DNA from: Okamejei kenojei
Lineage: Eukaryota
Length of the DNA stretch: 64,000 bases
NCBI GenBank assembly: GCA_035221665.1
Contig: CM069141.1
Span: 48,050,001-48,114,000, forward strand
Direction of reading: 5' to 3'
In this document: positions 23,170 through 36,119 of the stretch, piece after piece
Position numbering within the stretch: the first letter of the stretch is position 1
Layout of the letters: every line of letters begins with the position of its first letter
Made by a program: the position numbers and the translations under genes
Notes under the pieces: model-generated
The model's input: the letters and a program-made list of their open reading frames with translations, nothing else
Databases searched by the model: none
Told to the model about the DNA's origin: nothing

Positions 23170-24985
23170 TCATAATTGTTGCGGAGGAATTCATGAGGAA
23201 GTGCAATGGCAGATAAAATTTAATCCTGATTAAAGCAATGTGATGTAATCTGACAGCACAAGAGTAGAACAAATTCTATGAAAAACACTACCCCAAAGCG
23301 TATTGTGGAAGATAGGGATCTTGTTGTATCTGAAGGTGGCAGCACAGGTGGATATGTGGTAAATAACTATGTGAGACGAGTTACCACTTGCTGGTGAATT
23401 GGATGGTAGTAAAGAGATTATGGTACAACTTTATAAGACACTAGACCAAGTGGGACCCGTTGGGCTGCGGGGGGGGGGGGGTGCGACGTCACACACACAC
23501 ACACCAANNNNNNNNNNNNNNNNNNNNNNNNNNNNNNNNNNNNNNNNNNNNNNNNNNNNNNNNNNNNNNNNNNNNNNNNNNNNNNNNNNNNNNNNNNNNN
23601 NNNNNNNNNNNNNNNNNNNNNNNNNNNNNNNNNNNNNNNNNNNNNNNNNNNNNNNNNNNNNATTAATATTATTCATTGGCTCCTTTTACCCATCCCGCAA
23701 GGACGGGGGGCAGAGACGGGGGAGAAGGAGGGGGAGAGGAGGAGCGGAGAGGGGAGGTGGTGAAGGGGGAGAGAGGGTGGAGAGAGGGGGGAGAGGGGGA
23801 GAGGGGGAGAGGGGAGATGGGTAGCAGGACTGGAGGCAGAGAGAGAGGGGGAGAGAGAGGGGGAGGAGGGTGGAGAGGGGGAGAGGGGAGGGGAGAGGGA
23901 GGGGGAGAGGAGCGGGTTGAGGAGGGGCTTGGGGAGGAGGGGCTTGGGAGAGGAGGGGGGGAAGGAGATTGGCAGGTGAGGAGGGGGGGAAGAGGAGGAG
24001 GGGGGGGTTGTGAGGAGGAGGGGGTGAGCGGAGAGGGGAGGAGGAGGGGGAGAGGAGGAGGGGGAGGAGTACGAGGGAGAGGAGTAGGGGAGTGGCGGGC
24101 AGCGGCGGGCAGCGGCGGGGGCGGAGCTGGCGGGGAGCAGCGGGGGGGGAACGGGTGTCAACCAAAGGATTGCTAGTTCGGTGGAGGGTGGTGACGTCAC
24201 TCGCAGCACGTGGAACACAGCACAGGCCGCGCGCATTGACGTCACCCATTGTGACGTATCCGCGAGACCATCTCATTTATTTTCAAAGTTTTATCGGATT
24301 TGTGAACATTTTCATAAATAACTCGATAAATAAAGCATTTTTCAGATAAGACATTTTGGACTCCAGGAGGAAAATCTCTACCGCAATATGTAAATATTTT
24401 ACCGTTAATACGTCGTTTATTCGCGAAGATGTGATTATACACAAACAAATAAATACACACACACACACATCCAAGATCATAGTTCTATAGTTATACGGAT
24501 TGGCTGGCACTTTGTGCTTTTACTCGTCATCGCAAGATTTAATGACACAAATGCAGTGAAAATGGTTTACAGAAAGTTCACCAGATGTTGCATTGTTGGG
24601 AATTTTATTGATGAGGAGAGTGTACGTATACTGTATTTGTCTTCATGGAGCAGAGAAGATATGGTGAACCCATATTTATATTTATAAAAGCATGCGTGAC
24701 ACAGATGAGGTAGAGCGTAGGAAACTTTTCCCTATTACATAACGCCAAAGACTAAAGAATGCATATTGTTATTTAGCGTCAGTTTAGAGTGCATCGGGGA
24801 AATACTTTTTTCACCCACATTATGAGAATCAGCAACAGTGGGTGGTGGAGTAGAAAAAATGGCGAAGCGCAGAAGATTACGGACCTAATGTTAATAAATG
24901 GCAAGAATCTAGGTGGTTAATCGATAGTTGGCATGGACACAGTTGGCCAACAAACTTGCTGCTATGCCCTGTGATTACATGATTT
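23170..24985 (+). mobile_element. Old degenerate CR1 fragment interrupted by a Helitron
   Basis: ...EIMVQLYKT| is rejoined after the Helitron by TTGGCTGG...; gaaagttcaccagatgttgc and gttggcatggacacagttggcc are CR1-like. Confidence 0.65.
23441..24499 (-). mobile_element. Non-autonomous Helitron
   Basis: On the minus strand it starts TC (24499-24498) and ends with an imperfect GC hairpin followed by CTAG (23444-23441). It sits between A and T with no TSD; removing it restores ttataagaca|ttgg (CR1 LYKTL). 24280-24480 is homologous to 58685-58865. Interior has CA microsatellites and a G/A-rich tract. Confidence 0.82.
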
Positions 24986-26718
24986 AGTTGAATGCCATTT
25001 ATCGTTGTGATGACAGTCGGGGTTTAAAACATACTCTTGAATCAGCATGAGGGGGATTATCGCAATGCATTTTAAGGAGGCAGAACATTCGCAAGTTTGA
25101 TGCTGTGATTAAAAAGTGGATTTTTTTTCTTTCGAGGATGTCGCCACTATTCAAGTTGCTTATCTGAACTACTGGGAAATGGTCATTCATAACTCCGACG
25201 CGATCCTTCCAGCTGGTACAAAAAGTGTGTGTGTGTGGGGGAGGGAGGGGGGGTGTCCATCGCTGCTTTATGCCCAAAGTTTGCCAATGTGTTTACAAGC
25301 GATTCTTCGCTGCAAGGCTCGTTTAAAGTTCTGAATAGTAGTGAAATGCAGAATTTTACTGTGTATGACCTCGACCACGAATTCGAGAGAGGCTGCATAA
25401 CTTTTTCTTGATGGCGATAGTCCCTATTTTACAGTTTTCAAGTTTGAGTGTCACTTGTCAGCGAACACTTGGAAATAACTTGCTCCGGGAATTTTTCATG
25501 TTGGCACTAATTGCTATAGGGGATTTTTTGGTGACTGATATGTTCATCAACTGATATGTTCATTTTCCCAAAGGATGTACTTCATTTTTAGGGGTGGGTG
25601 GGGGTTCAGTTGCAGATTCAGAGATATTTAACACCTATCAAAGAACAGCCCTACTATCAAAGATTTCAACGGGATTTCGTGAGTGGTAGCTTCTGAGAAG
25701 CATGGCTAGCAAGAACATCGCATCTCTACCTGTTAAGCGCAGGAAACGAATCAAAATAAACTTATCTTCATTTAAGATATGAAATATCTTACCATTTAAA
25801 TATTACTGGAGTTCAGTTGGTATTCTCAACATATACAACACTATTGATATGGCTTCCAGCCTGTGGTCTCTGCATCAGACCATGCAGAAACAACTTGAAG
25901 ACTGCATAGTGAATGAAACATCGACCGTGAGGGAAATCAATGCATGATTCCGCGAGGGATGTGAATGGTGAAGTTGATTACAGTCGCATATAGTGGCTAA
26001 AGAATTAAAGAAGCATAAACTCTGTGGTGATTCGACATGAACAGCAACCAGGTGACTTAATCTCATGAACGATGTGCAATGAAAATTGAAAAAGCAGTTC
26101 ATGGCAGCTATTCATCTTCCAATCATGAAAAAAAACAGTGACATTCCCCAAGTTAATACAAGGCATTCGAATACCGATGCTTCTTTTCGAAATGTTCCTG
26201 AAATGTATGTAAAGGAAGTAGAAATTTATTTTACAGCTGCTGGGTGAAACATGGAACTTTATCGAGCCGTTTCTCTTTATTTCAGAGTTCTAACATCTGC
26301 ATAGTTTAATGTAAATAGTTTGTGTATTTAATTATCAAATACCAATAAATCCCCAATAATCCCGTTAAAAAATCACAATAAAATCAATCTTATTGATTTT
26401 GAATGACAATCAACAATCTGTCTTTCTCGACTAATAAAGATTGAATATGGCAGGAAAATGAAGAAGTTATTGTTTAAATATATCTTGAATAGAATTAGAT
26501 TCAGTATTTTTGTTGTTCCTTATATTTGTTTTCCTCTCAAAACATTTTTTTTAAAATAGTTATTTTTGAAATTATCAATTCGAATAACTGGGATTCAAAA
26601 AAAAAACAGAACTCGGATCAGCAGACCCCTGAGCAGTCAGGCAAAAATATCCACAAGTTTGAATGAAAGTTTACATGCACAGCAATAAATACAACGCTTC
26701 AGTACTCTATGCATTACA

Positions 26719-27077
26719 GCTTTAAGAAACAGGAAAGCCCTCATTGGTCGAATATCAATGAGGGGCAGCACCTATCAGGAGCTTGAGATGTAATTAGTGA
26801 TCCGGACAGCCCCCTTCACGACACGGCAGCCATCATGTAAGATCAGACACAGCGAAAACCGGATAGCGAACAGTTCTGTTGGACTATTTGCAGGAATCCT
26901 CTCGCAACTGAAGGCAAAATGCGAACGTATTAATGAAATAACTCGAGAGATACGAGCATAAGGTACGAGTATTTTGCTGAAAATAGCATTGGTTGTATTG
27001 AACGCCGATTCGCCGTTAACAGGACAATGGAGAAGACAATCTGGGTCCTGAAACCATTGGGATGACGTCTTCTTGCA
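26719..27077 (+). promoter_or_regulatory. Conserved promoter cassette for V4
   Basis: GCTTTAAGAAA 26719, ATTGG 26743, GTGATCCGGACAGCCCCC ~26797, variant GCAGCCATC 26826. Confidence 0.72.
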
Positions 27078-29519
27078 ATGAGATACAAAATATATTGGTT
27101 GATAAAATGTCAATTATTGTACTGTGTGCTCTCCAACTGCGATCTTGTACTTGGGCAAATTCGCTATTCTATTCCTGAAGAACTGCAACAAGGAGCCTTT
27201 GTTGGGAAAATCGCAGTCGATTTGGGTTTAGATGTAAAGCAGCTGTCGATTCGCAGGTTGCGGGTAGCGCCCAGTCCAAGGAAGCAGTATTTCGACTTAA
27301 ATCGGACAAGTGGGATTTTATTTGTAAAGGAAATAATCGACAGAGAACTGCTTTGTGGATCTAATCTCGACTGCCGCTTATCCTTGGATGTTGTGCTTGA
27401 AAATCCTTTGAGCCTGTACCCGGTGGAGGTGGAGATTCTCGATGTAAACGACAATGCTCCTAGTTTTCCAAAAAGCCAGTTTCGCCTTGAAATCATAGAA
27501 TTTGCAACACCGGGAATGCGATTTCCTCTCGAACCAGCACACGATCCTGACATTAGCACCAATTCTGTGCAAAGTTATCAGCTACAACCGAATGAATATT
27601 TCACTCTCGACGTACAAATGCGCAGTGAAACCAGAAAGCGCCCAGTGTTGTTGTTAGAGAAGCCTTTGGATAGGGAAACAATAGCAATCCACTATTTAAC
27701 TCTAATAGCCGAGGATGGCGGTTTGCCTCCGAGATCGGGAACTGTTCAGATTATAATCGTAGTGAAAGATGGAAACGATAATGCGCCTGTTTTTACTCAG
27801 TCGGTTTATAAAGTCAGCCTGTTAGAATCTGCGCCGAGAGGCACTCTGCTCATCACACTGAACGCCACTGACCTGGACGAAGGACCCAACGGAGAGATTG
27901 TTTATTCTTTCAGCAGCCATCTTTCTGATGCTGCCCTTAAGCTTTTCGACGTGAACCCTAAAACTGGTGAAATCCGACTCAATGGGAACTTAGATTATGA
28001 AGAGAGCAATACCTTTGAGATTAACATACAAGCGATGGATAAGGGTTCTGGCGCAATACCAGAATACTGTGATGTATTGGTGGAAATTGTCGATGTGAAT
28101 GATAACGCGCCGGATGTGACACTGCGGTCTTTGTCAGGGACAGTCTCGGAAAGCGCTCCACTTGGGACTGTAGTGGCAATGTTCAGCGCAGAAGACCGAG
28201 ATTCCGGACACAATGGGGAAGTACAATGTCAACTTCTAAATCAACTCCCCTTTAAGCTGGATTCATCTATCAAGAATTATTACAGAATTCTGGTACAACA
28301 TCCACTGGACCGGGAGTCTGTTCCCAAGTACGATATCACTATAATATGCACGGATGCGGGCCACCCTTCTCTTACCTCACAGAAAACCTTCCGAGTAGAG
28401 GTTTCAGATGTAAATGACAACTCTCCACGGTTTTCGCGGCCGGTGTACACGGCAAATGTTCAGGAAAACAATGTTATTGGGGCTTCTATATATTCCGTGA
28501 CAGCCTTCGATCCAGATGTAGGGGAAAATGCCCGACTGAACTTCTCTATCCTGGAGTCAGAAATTCAAAATTTCTCAATAGCCTCTTATGTCTCAATTCA
28601 GTCGGAGAGCGGTGTCATATATGCTCGGAGAACTTTTGACTACGAGCAATTCAAAGGCTTTCAGATACAGGTTCAAGTGCAGGATTCTGGTGCGCCAGCG
28701 CTGACAAGTAATGCTTCAGTGAATGTTGTTATTCTTGATCAGAATGACAATGCCCCAGTGATTATACATCCTTTACCAGAATATGGTTCAACAGCGATAG
28801 AAACAATATCCAGATTTGCAGAACCAGGATACTTGGTTGTCAAGGTCTCAGCCACTGATGCCGATGCTGGACAGAATGCTCGTCTCTCTTATCACATTTC
28901 TCAAGCTACTCATAATCTTTTCACCATTTCTGCAGACACGGGTGATATTTGGACAATCCGTCCAATTGTGAGCAACGATGCGTCTCGTCAAAGGTTGGTG
29001 GTTTTGGTAAAAGATAATGGAATTCCATCACTCTCTGCTACTGTGACTATAGTATTATCTGTAGTTGGGACTGATAGTGAAACGTTCCCCAGTGTCAACA
29101 GTTCGCCTTCACATCCAAGGTCCAGTCCTGAATTGACGTTTTCCTTGGTTATTGCTTTGGGAATAATATCGATTATTTTCCTTATAATTTTAGTCATCCT
29201 TGCCATTAAATTACTCAAAAACAGGAATGGTATTGTATACCAGCACCGTTCACTTGGTATCTGTTGTTGCTTTGAATCACGAAACACTTTGAATGGAATT
29301 CAGAAGGCCAGTAGAAGTGTTCAGATACCACCAAACTATGTTGAGGTATTTGGGGGAGATCCACTTTCCCAAAGATTCCGCTATGAGTCATGTTCGACAC
29401 TGCAGTCTACGAAGAGATATTTTATCGGCACTAACGGGCGTACTCCCACAGACGGAAACAATTGTATCTCGAATGAAACTGGTGGATTGGCGAATTCAAA
29501 AATGTACAATGTCGCTGAG
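27078..29519 (+). CDS. Clustered protocadherin variable exon V4 (subtype A), intact
   Basis: 816-aa ORF with six cadherin repeats, TM and cytoplasmic motif. Donor GAG|GTAAGT at 29519/29520; read-through stop at 29528. Confidence 0.96.
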
Positions 29520-30226
29520 GTAAGTTGACTATAAATCAAGAGGTAAGTCCTCATACGTTTTCTTTGGAGACACAGGTATTTTGATAAACCAGCAATACAT
29601 CAAATTAATTGCATATAAATAATATTTTCATTTTTTCGTTCTAATCACCCACTGTGTATCTGTTTGATTGCTTTATGGCACAGTAACAAGACATAAACTT
29701 ATTATATCTTATGCTAATAACTTGAACGTTTTACACTGAATATTGTTGTGCATTCCGAATGTTGTGAAAGATTTATATTAAGCAAAATACAGAGTGTTCA
29801 ATTTAAATACGAGTGTGCTCGTTTCTCTCCAGCAGTGCTGGGGAAATTATTGGAGAATATTTTTCTGGGCAGGACATACTCACATTTGGCAGAAGGTGGA
29901 CGTATCAGGATAGCCAACCTAATTTTGTGCAGGATTTGTCCAGCATCACAAATTATGTTTTTTTAAGAAAGGGCGAAGAAGATTGATGAGGTTAAGGCAG
30001 GGGAGATTATTGACGTTGGCTTTAGTAAATCATTCGACTAAGTTCTTCATGGTATGCTGGTCCAGAGGATTAAATCACAAGGGATACAGAATGAGTCGTT
30101 AAATCGGTCCAACATTATCTTGTTTTTGGAAAGGTAAACGGTAGTACGGTGGGTATTGTCCTGTGACCAATGATGCCCTGCGTCTATCGGTGCTGGGGCA
30201 CGTATTGGTCGTCTTAAATATAATGA

Positions 30227-30717
30227 AACCAGACTGATTCCTGGGATGTCAGGACTGCCTTATGAAGAAAGACTGGATCGACTCGGTTTATACTCTCTAG
30301 AATTTAGGAGATTGAGAGGGGATCTTATAGAAATTTACAAAATTCTTAAGGGGTTGGACAGGCTAGATGCAGGAAGATTGTTCCCGATGTTGGGGAGGTC
30401 CAGGACAAGGGATCACAGCTTAAGGATAAGGGGGAAATCATTTAGGACCGAGATGAGATGGACTTTTTTTCACACAGAGAGTGGTGGGTCCCTGTAACTC
30501 TCTGCCACAGAGGGTAGTGGAGGCCAGTTCATTGGCTATATTTAAGAGGGAGTTAGGTGTGGCCCTTGTGGCTAAGGGGATCAGAGGGTATGGAGAGAAG
30601 GCAGGTACGGGATACTGAGTTGGATGATCAGCCATGATCATATTGAATGGTGGTGAAGGCTCGAAGGGCCGAATGGCCTACTCCTGAACCTAATTTCTAT
30701 GTTTCCATGTTTCTATG
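30227..30717 (+). mobile_element. Young CR1 LINE 3' end with (TTTCTATG)n tail
   Basis: [38 protein letters not shown]; near-identical to 51308-51786. Confidence 0.92.
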
Positions 30718-31001
30718 AATCGTGGCTGGAAGTATATGGTGTCTGATTAGAAAAAAAAGTAAATTAAGCAGAGATTGTTTGGAGTAGGCTAGCAAGACCG
30801 GCAGCGGGATATAGATCAGTCGGAAATTTTGGCTGGAGAAATGGGGAATGGAGTTTAATCTGGACCACTGTGCTATTTCTGCATTTGGGAGGTCAAGTGC
30901 AACAGGTGAGTGTACGGCTTATAGTAGAACCATTTGGTGTATTTAAGTACAAATGGAACGTGGGTGCATGTCCATAGATTCCTGACACTGGCAACTCAAG
31001 T

Positions 31002-31545
31002 ACATAGAAACATAGAAACATGGAAAATAGGTGCAGGGGTAGGCCATTCGGCTCTTCGAGCCTGCACCGCCATTCTATATGATCATGGCTGATCATCCAA
31101 CTCAGTATCCCGTACCTGCCTTCTCTCCATATCCCTGATCCCTCTAGCCACAAGGACCACATCTAACTCCCTCTTAAATATAGCCAATGAACTGGCCTCA
31201 ACTACCCTCTGTGGCAGAGAGTTCCAGAGACTCGCCACTCTCTGTGTGAAAAAAAAAATATAATCAAAATGACTAAATGACTTCCCCCTTATCCTTAAAC
31301 TGTGACCCCTTGTTCTGGACTTCCCCAACACCGGGAACAATCTTCCTGCATTTAGCCTGTCCAACCCCTTAAGAATTTTGTAAGTTTCTATAAGATCCCC
31401 CCTCAATTTTCTAAATTCTAGCGAGTACAAGCCAAGTCTATCCAGTCTTTCTTCATATGAAAGTCCTGACAACCCAGGAATCAGTCTGGTGAACCTTCTC
31501 TGTACTCCCTCTATGGCAAGAATGTCTTTCCTCAGAATTGGAGAC
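31002..31545 (-). mobile_element. Young CR1 LINE 3' end, inverted relative to 30227-30717
   Basis: ORF 31083-31616 (-) has [30 protein letters not shown]...WNSLPQRVVEA. (CATAGAAA)n tail on the + strand. Confidence 0.92.
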
Positions 31546-32810
31546 AGTGATGTGAAGTACACAGAAATGTTCATAATAAAGATCCATGGCATGCTTACCT
31601 TCATCATTCCACGCATTTAATTTATTAAAAAAAAATAGAAGTCACCTTACAGCTATATATTACTTTCGTCAGACCACTTTCGGAATATTGCTGTGCTGTG
31701 CTTGTGATTGTCATACCAATGACATGACATGGGGGCTTTGGAAGGAGTATAGAAGTGATTCACTAGGAAGTTGCCTGGATTGAGTTTATTTGCTGTAAAG
31801 TTAGCTTAGACAAATATGGATTGATATGTTTGTAGAGCACTAGAGGCTTAGGGGTGACGCGATAAGAGTATCTAAACTGATGTGAGATACAAATAGCGAA
31901 GATTGAGTATTTTCCTCAGGTCAGAATTGCCAAATACTTAAGGCATACGATTAAGGTTGAAGGAAAAATATTAAAGAATGTCGATGTAAGTGCTTTACCG
32001 AGAATGGTAGGTGCCTACATTGCGCTGACTGAAGTGGTGGTGGATGGAGATACAATTACACCATTTAAGAGGAAGACGCATGAATATACAGGGAATACTT
32101 TGTTATACAACATTTGCAAGCAGATGGGATTAATATAATATGCGTCATGGCCGGCGCAGACATCGAGCGCCAAAGAAACTGGCTTCATGATTCGAACGTC
32201 CTGCTCCTGTGCTGTGCTCTACGCTTCTTTGTATATGCTCTAATCTCAAAAGAAAACTTAGGTAATTCGCAGTAATACTGATTTTAGAGGAAGCCGGGCA
32301 CATACGTTTTTTTTTGCATTAGAAAAGGCAAGAACAAAAAGTTAATTCACGAGGTATATTGAGGAGAATATCCGCTATTAATCAATCTTCAGAACTGAAA
32401 ATAAATTACTTTGAGTATAACGAAGGACGGAATACTTTGAGCTTGATACAGAAACAAGACCAACTTTTTGATGATGCAATTGATTTATTTGCTGATCGGA
32501 AACACAACAACAGTATGGCAACAATAATAATTATTCGGTGATCAGGATTATAAAATTATGATTTAATCAAGAGATGTGAAGGATAGAAATAATTGAATTG
32601 TTAACATGCTCAATTACTTTCTTTAATTCAATCCTGATTTTCAAAATCGTTTCTACATATTTTATCATGTAAGATGTTTAGTACGGTTGGTCTTCAAAAT
32701 GTGCTCCCACTGCTACACATTTTGCAATATTCTGAAAGATCTAAACGGCTGGAAATAAATTTGATTATGCAACAAAAAATATGAAAACTGAGCCAAATTA
32801 TGTACTTCTT

Positions 32811-33155
32811 GCTTTAAGAAACGAACTCCTCTCTAATTGGTCAGATATGATGGTTGGTTGTAGACCAATCAGGAGCTGGAATGCGACTGGTGATCTGCAT
32901 CGCCCCCTTCAATACACAGCCGCCATCACGTACAACCAGACGCCGTGGAAACCGGATAACCAGCGGCTTCGGACGATTGCTGCACGATTCATTTCGAATT
33001 GGAGAGAATATGAAAATTTGAAGCATAAGTGAAAGTATTAGAACAATTCGCAAGAAGGTACCGATATATTCTGCGTAGTATTTTTCCATTTTAAACAAAT
33101 CGCTGTTGAAAGGCATTGTCTCGGGTTCAAACCATTGGAATGACTTATCCTGGAA
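32811..33155 (+). promoter_or_regulatory. Conserved promoter cassette for V5
   Basis: GCTTTAAGAAA 32811, ATTGG 32836, CCAAT 32865, GTGATCTGCATCGCCCCC 32890, GCCGCCATC 32919. Confidence 0.75.
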
Positions 33156-35615
33156 ATGAGATTTAACATATACTGCCTGCTGAAATTCAAAGTGTTTTGC
33201 TGCCTGTTCTCGCTCTGGAATCGTGTTTCTGGGCAGATTCGTTATTCTGTTCCAGAGGAATTACAGCTGGGTGCCTTTGTTGGGAATATCGCAATTGATT
33301 TGGGCTTAGATTTAAAGCAGCTCTCGGCTCGCAGTTTGCGGGTGGCGCCCAGCCCGAGGAAGCGGTATGTTGACGTAAATTTGGCAAAAGGGATTTTATT
33401 TGTGAATGAAAGGATAGACAGGGAGCAACTTTGCGGGCCGAGCACCGATTGCATTTTACCCTTGAACGTCGTGCTTGAAAATCCCCTCAGTCTTCACCAG
33501 GTGGAAGTGGAGATACTCGATGTAAATGACAACGCTCCTGGTTTCCCCAAAAGCCTAATCCGACTTGAAATCTCCGAGGTTATGGCACCAGGGGCGCGAT
33601 TCCCCCTGGAAGCCGCGCACGACCCGGATATTGGGACGAACTCTTTGCAGACGTACCAGCTCATCCACAATGAATATTTCATTATTGACGTGCAGACACA
33701 CAGTGGGAAAGTAAAGATGCCAGTGTTGGTGCTGCAGAGGCCTTTGGATAGAGAAACAGTATCAACCCACGAGTTAACGCTGTTTGCTGAAGACGGGGGA
33801 GTCCCCGTGAGATCGGGTACGGTCCAGGTCACGATCACAGTGCAGGATGCAAACGACAATGCTCCTGTTTTCTCGCAGTCGGTTTACAGGGTGGCTTTGT
33901 TGGAATCGGCTCCCTTAGGATCCCTGGTTATTACATTAAACGCCACTGACTCGGACGACGGTGCCAATGGAGAAATAACCTACTCGATCAGTCGCTACAA
34001 TTCTGAAAATGTTCCTGAAATTTTCAGCATGGATTCTAAAACAGGCGATCTCAGACTGAAAGTACATTTGGACTATGAGCAAAGCACAGTTTTTGAGATT
34101 AACGTACAAGCAATCGATAATGGCCTTTACGCAATGCCCCAGCACTGTGACGTGTGGGTGGATGTTATCGATGTGAATGACAACGCTCCTGATATGTTGA
34201 TAACATCTAAGTTAAGTACCATACCAGAAGATGCCACGATTGGGACAATAGTGGCCCTACTCAGCGTAGAAGACAAAGATTCTGGAGAAAATGGGCAAGT
34301 AAAATGTCAAATATCAAGTAAACTTCCGTTTAAACTGGATTCGGCTGTGGAACATTTCAGTAGATTGCTTCTAAACCATAAGCTGGATCGAGAAACTACC
34401 TCCAGGTATGACATTACCATAACTTGCACGGACCTTGGCCACCCCAGTCTAATATCCACGGAAACGATTCGTGTAGAGGTTTCCGATGTAAATGATAACG
34501 CACCGATGTTTGCCCAGACGGTTCACACCGCCCATGTCATGGAGAACAACGTCATCGGGGCTTCCATATTCACATTGGCTGCTTTTGATCCAGATATAGG
34601 ACAGAATGCCCGGCTTAACTATTCCACCCTGCCCTCTCAAGTTCAGGGCTTCTCCGTCGCATCCTACGTCTCCATCAATTCACAGAGTGGTGTCATATTT
34701 GCTCAGAAATCCTTTGACTACGAGAAATTAAAAACATTCAAACTATATGTTCGTGTGCAGGATTCTGGAGTCCCATCGCTCATCAGTAACACCACTGTAG
34801 ATTTTGTTATCCTTGATCAGAACGACAACGCTCCAGTCATAGTGAGTCCTTTGCCCGAATATGGGTCAACAGCAATGGAGACAATATCCAGGTTTGCAGA
34901 ACCTGGATACCTAGTTGTCAAGGTATCAGCTACTGACGCGGACGCCGGTGCAAATGCCCATCTGTATTATCAAATTTTACAGGCTACTCATCACAACCTG
35001 TTTACTATTTCAGCAAACACGGGCGAAATTTGGACTATCCGTAGTATTGGCATCAGGGATGCCTCCAAGCAAACGATTGTGATTGTGGTAAAGGATAATG
35101 GAACACCATCTCTCTCTGCTACTCTCACTGTAGTACTATCTGTGAAAGGGAGTGAGACATTGTCACGTGCCACCAGTTTGTCTGAATATGGTGACTCCCC
35201 TCCTGATCTAAACCTTTCCTTGGTCATAGCCTTAGGGACAACATCTATCATTTTTCTCGTGATTTTAATCATCCTTGCCATTAAGGTTCATAAAAACAGA
35301 AATGGTGTGGGACGCCAGCACGGTTCGCTGAACGTCTGCTGCTGTGTGGAACCAAGCAGTTCCCTGATTGGAATTCAAAAGGCGAGTAGAAGCCTGCAGA
35401 TACCACCAAACTATGTCGAAGTATTCGGAGGTGATCCCCTTTCTCAGAGTTTCCGTTACGAGTCGTGTTCAACGTTGCAGTCCGTGAAAAGAAACATCAC
35501 GCCTCAAACATACCAACCAGCGAATGCAATGCCTTATGTTCAGAAGCATGCCACTGGGAAAGAGAATCCAGGAATAATACAGTCTGAAGCATTAAACTGT
35601 ACTGCAAATTATGAG
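33156..35615 (+). CDS. Clustered protocadherin variable exon V5 (subtype B), intact
   Basis: 824-aa ORF with six cadherin repeats, TM and cytoplasmic motif. Donor GAG|GTGAGG at 35615/35616; read-through stop at 35630. Confidence 0.96.
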
Positions 35616-35796
35616 GTGAGGCGCTTCTAAAGCCAAGCGAAATCGACCTATAATACTATATTATATATTATTTTGGGATAGTCAGCGCATTGTAATTACA
35701 AGGCCGAAGTTTATAACACTGCTGAAACATCGCTTTGCATACCTTACAATTATTATTCCTATTTATTTTGTTTGTATATTTAGTTGCTTATTCTTG

Positions 35797-35950
35797 ATTA
35801 GTACGGGTGTCAGAGGTGAAGGGGAGAAGGCAGGAGAATGAGGTTAGGAGGGAGAGATAGATCAGCCACGATTGAATGGCGGAGTTGACTTGATGGGCCG
35901 AATGGCCTAATTATTCTCCTATCACTTTTGATCTTATGATCTTATGGTCT
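35797..35950 (+). mobile_element. Short CR1 3' UTR fragment with (TCTTATGA)n-like tail
   Basis: ggggagaaggcaggagaatg...gatcagccacgattgaatggcggag...gggccgaatggcct; reverse complement of 1700-1800. Confidence 0.8.
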
Positions 35951-36119
35951 TTATATCATTAACGGCTTATGTTCTTTCCGGGTTATACCGTTATACCGGG
36001 TAAACCAAGTGTTTTGGAAGACTTAGATAGATACAAAGTGCTGGAGTGGTACAGTTGGTCATGCCTGAGAAGGGCGGATGACGTTTCTGGTCGGGACCTT
36101 CAGACTGATCGCAAGTTCC

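Larger units (their letters stand above)
29960..32230 (+). mobile_element. Old degenerate CR1 RT region hosting two younger CR1 insertions
   Basis: tttagtaaatcattcgactaagttcttcatggtatgctg (FSKxFDxVxHGxL), gaaatggggaatggagtttaatc and cttaggggtgacgcgataagagtatctaaa are CR1 RT-like. Confidence 0.65.

Noticed and set aside
23673-24276. Pro/Ser-rich and Gly/Glu/Arg-rich ORFs
   Set aside because: Translations of a G/A low-complexity tract inside a Helitron.
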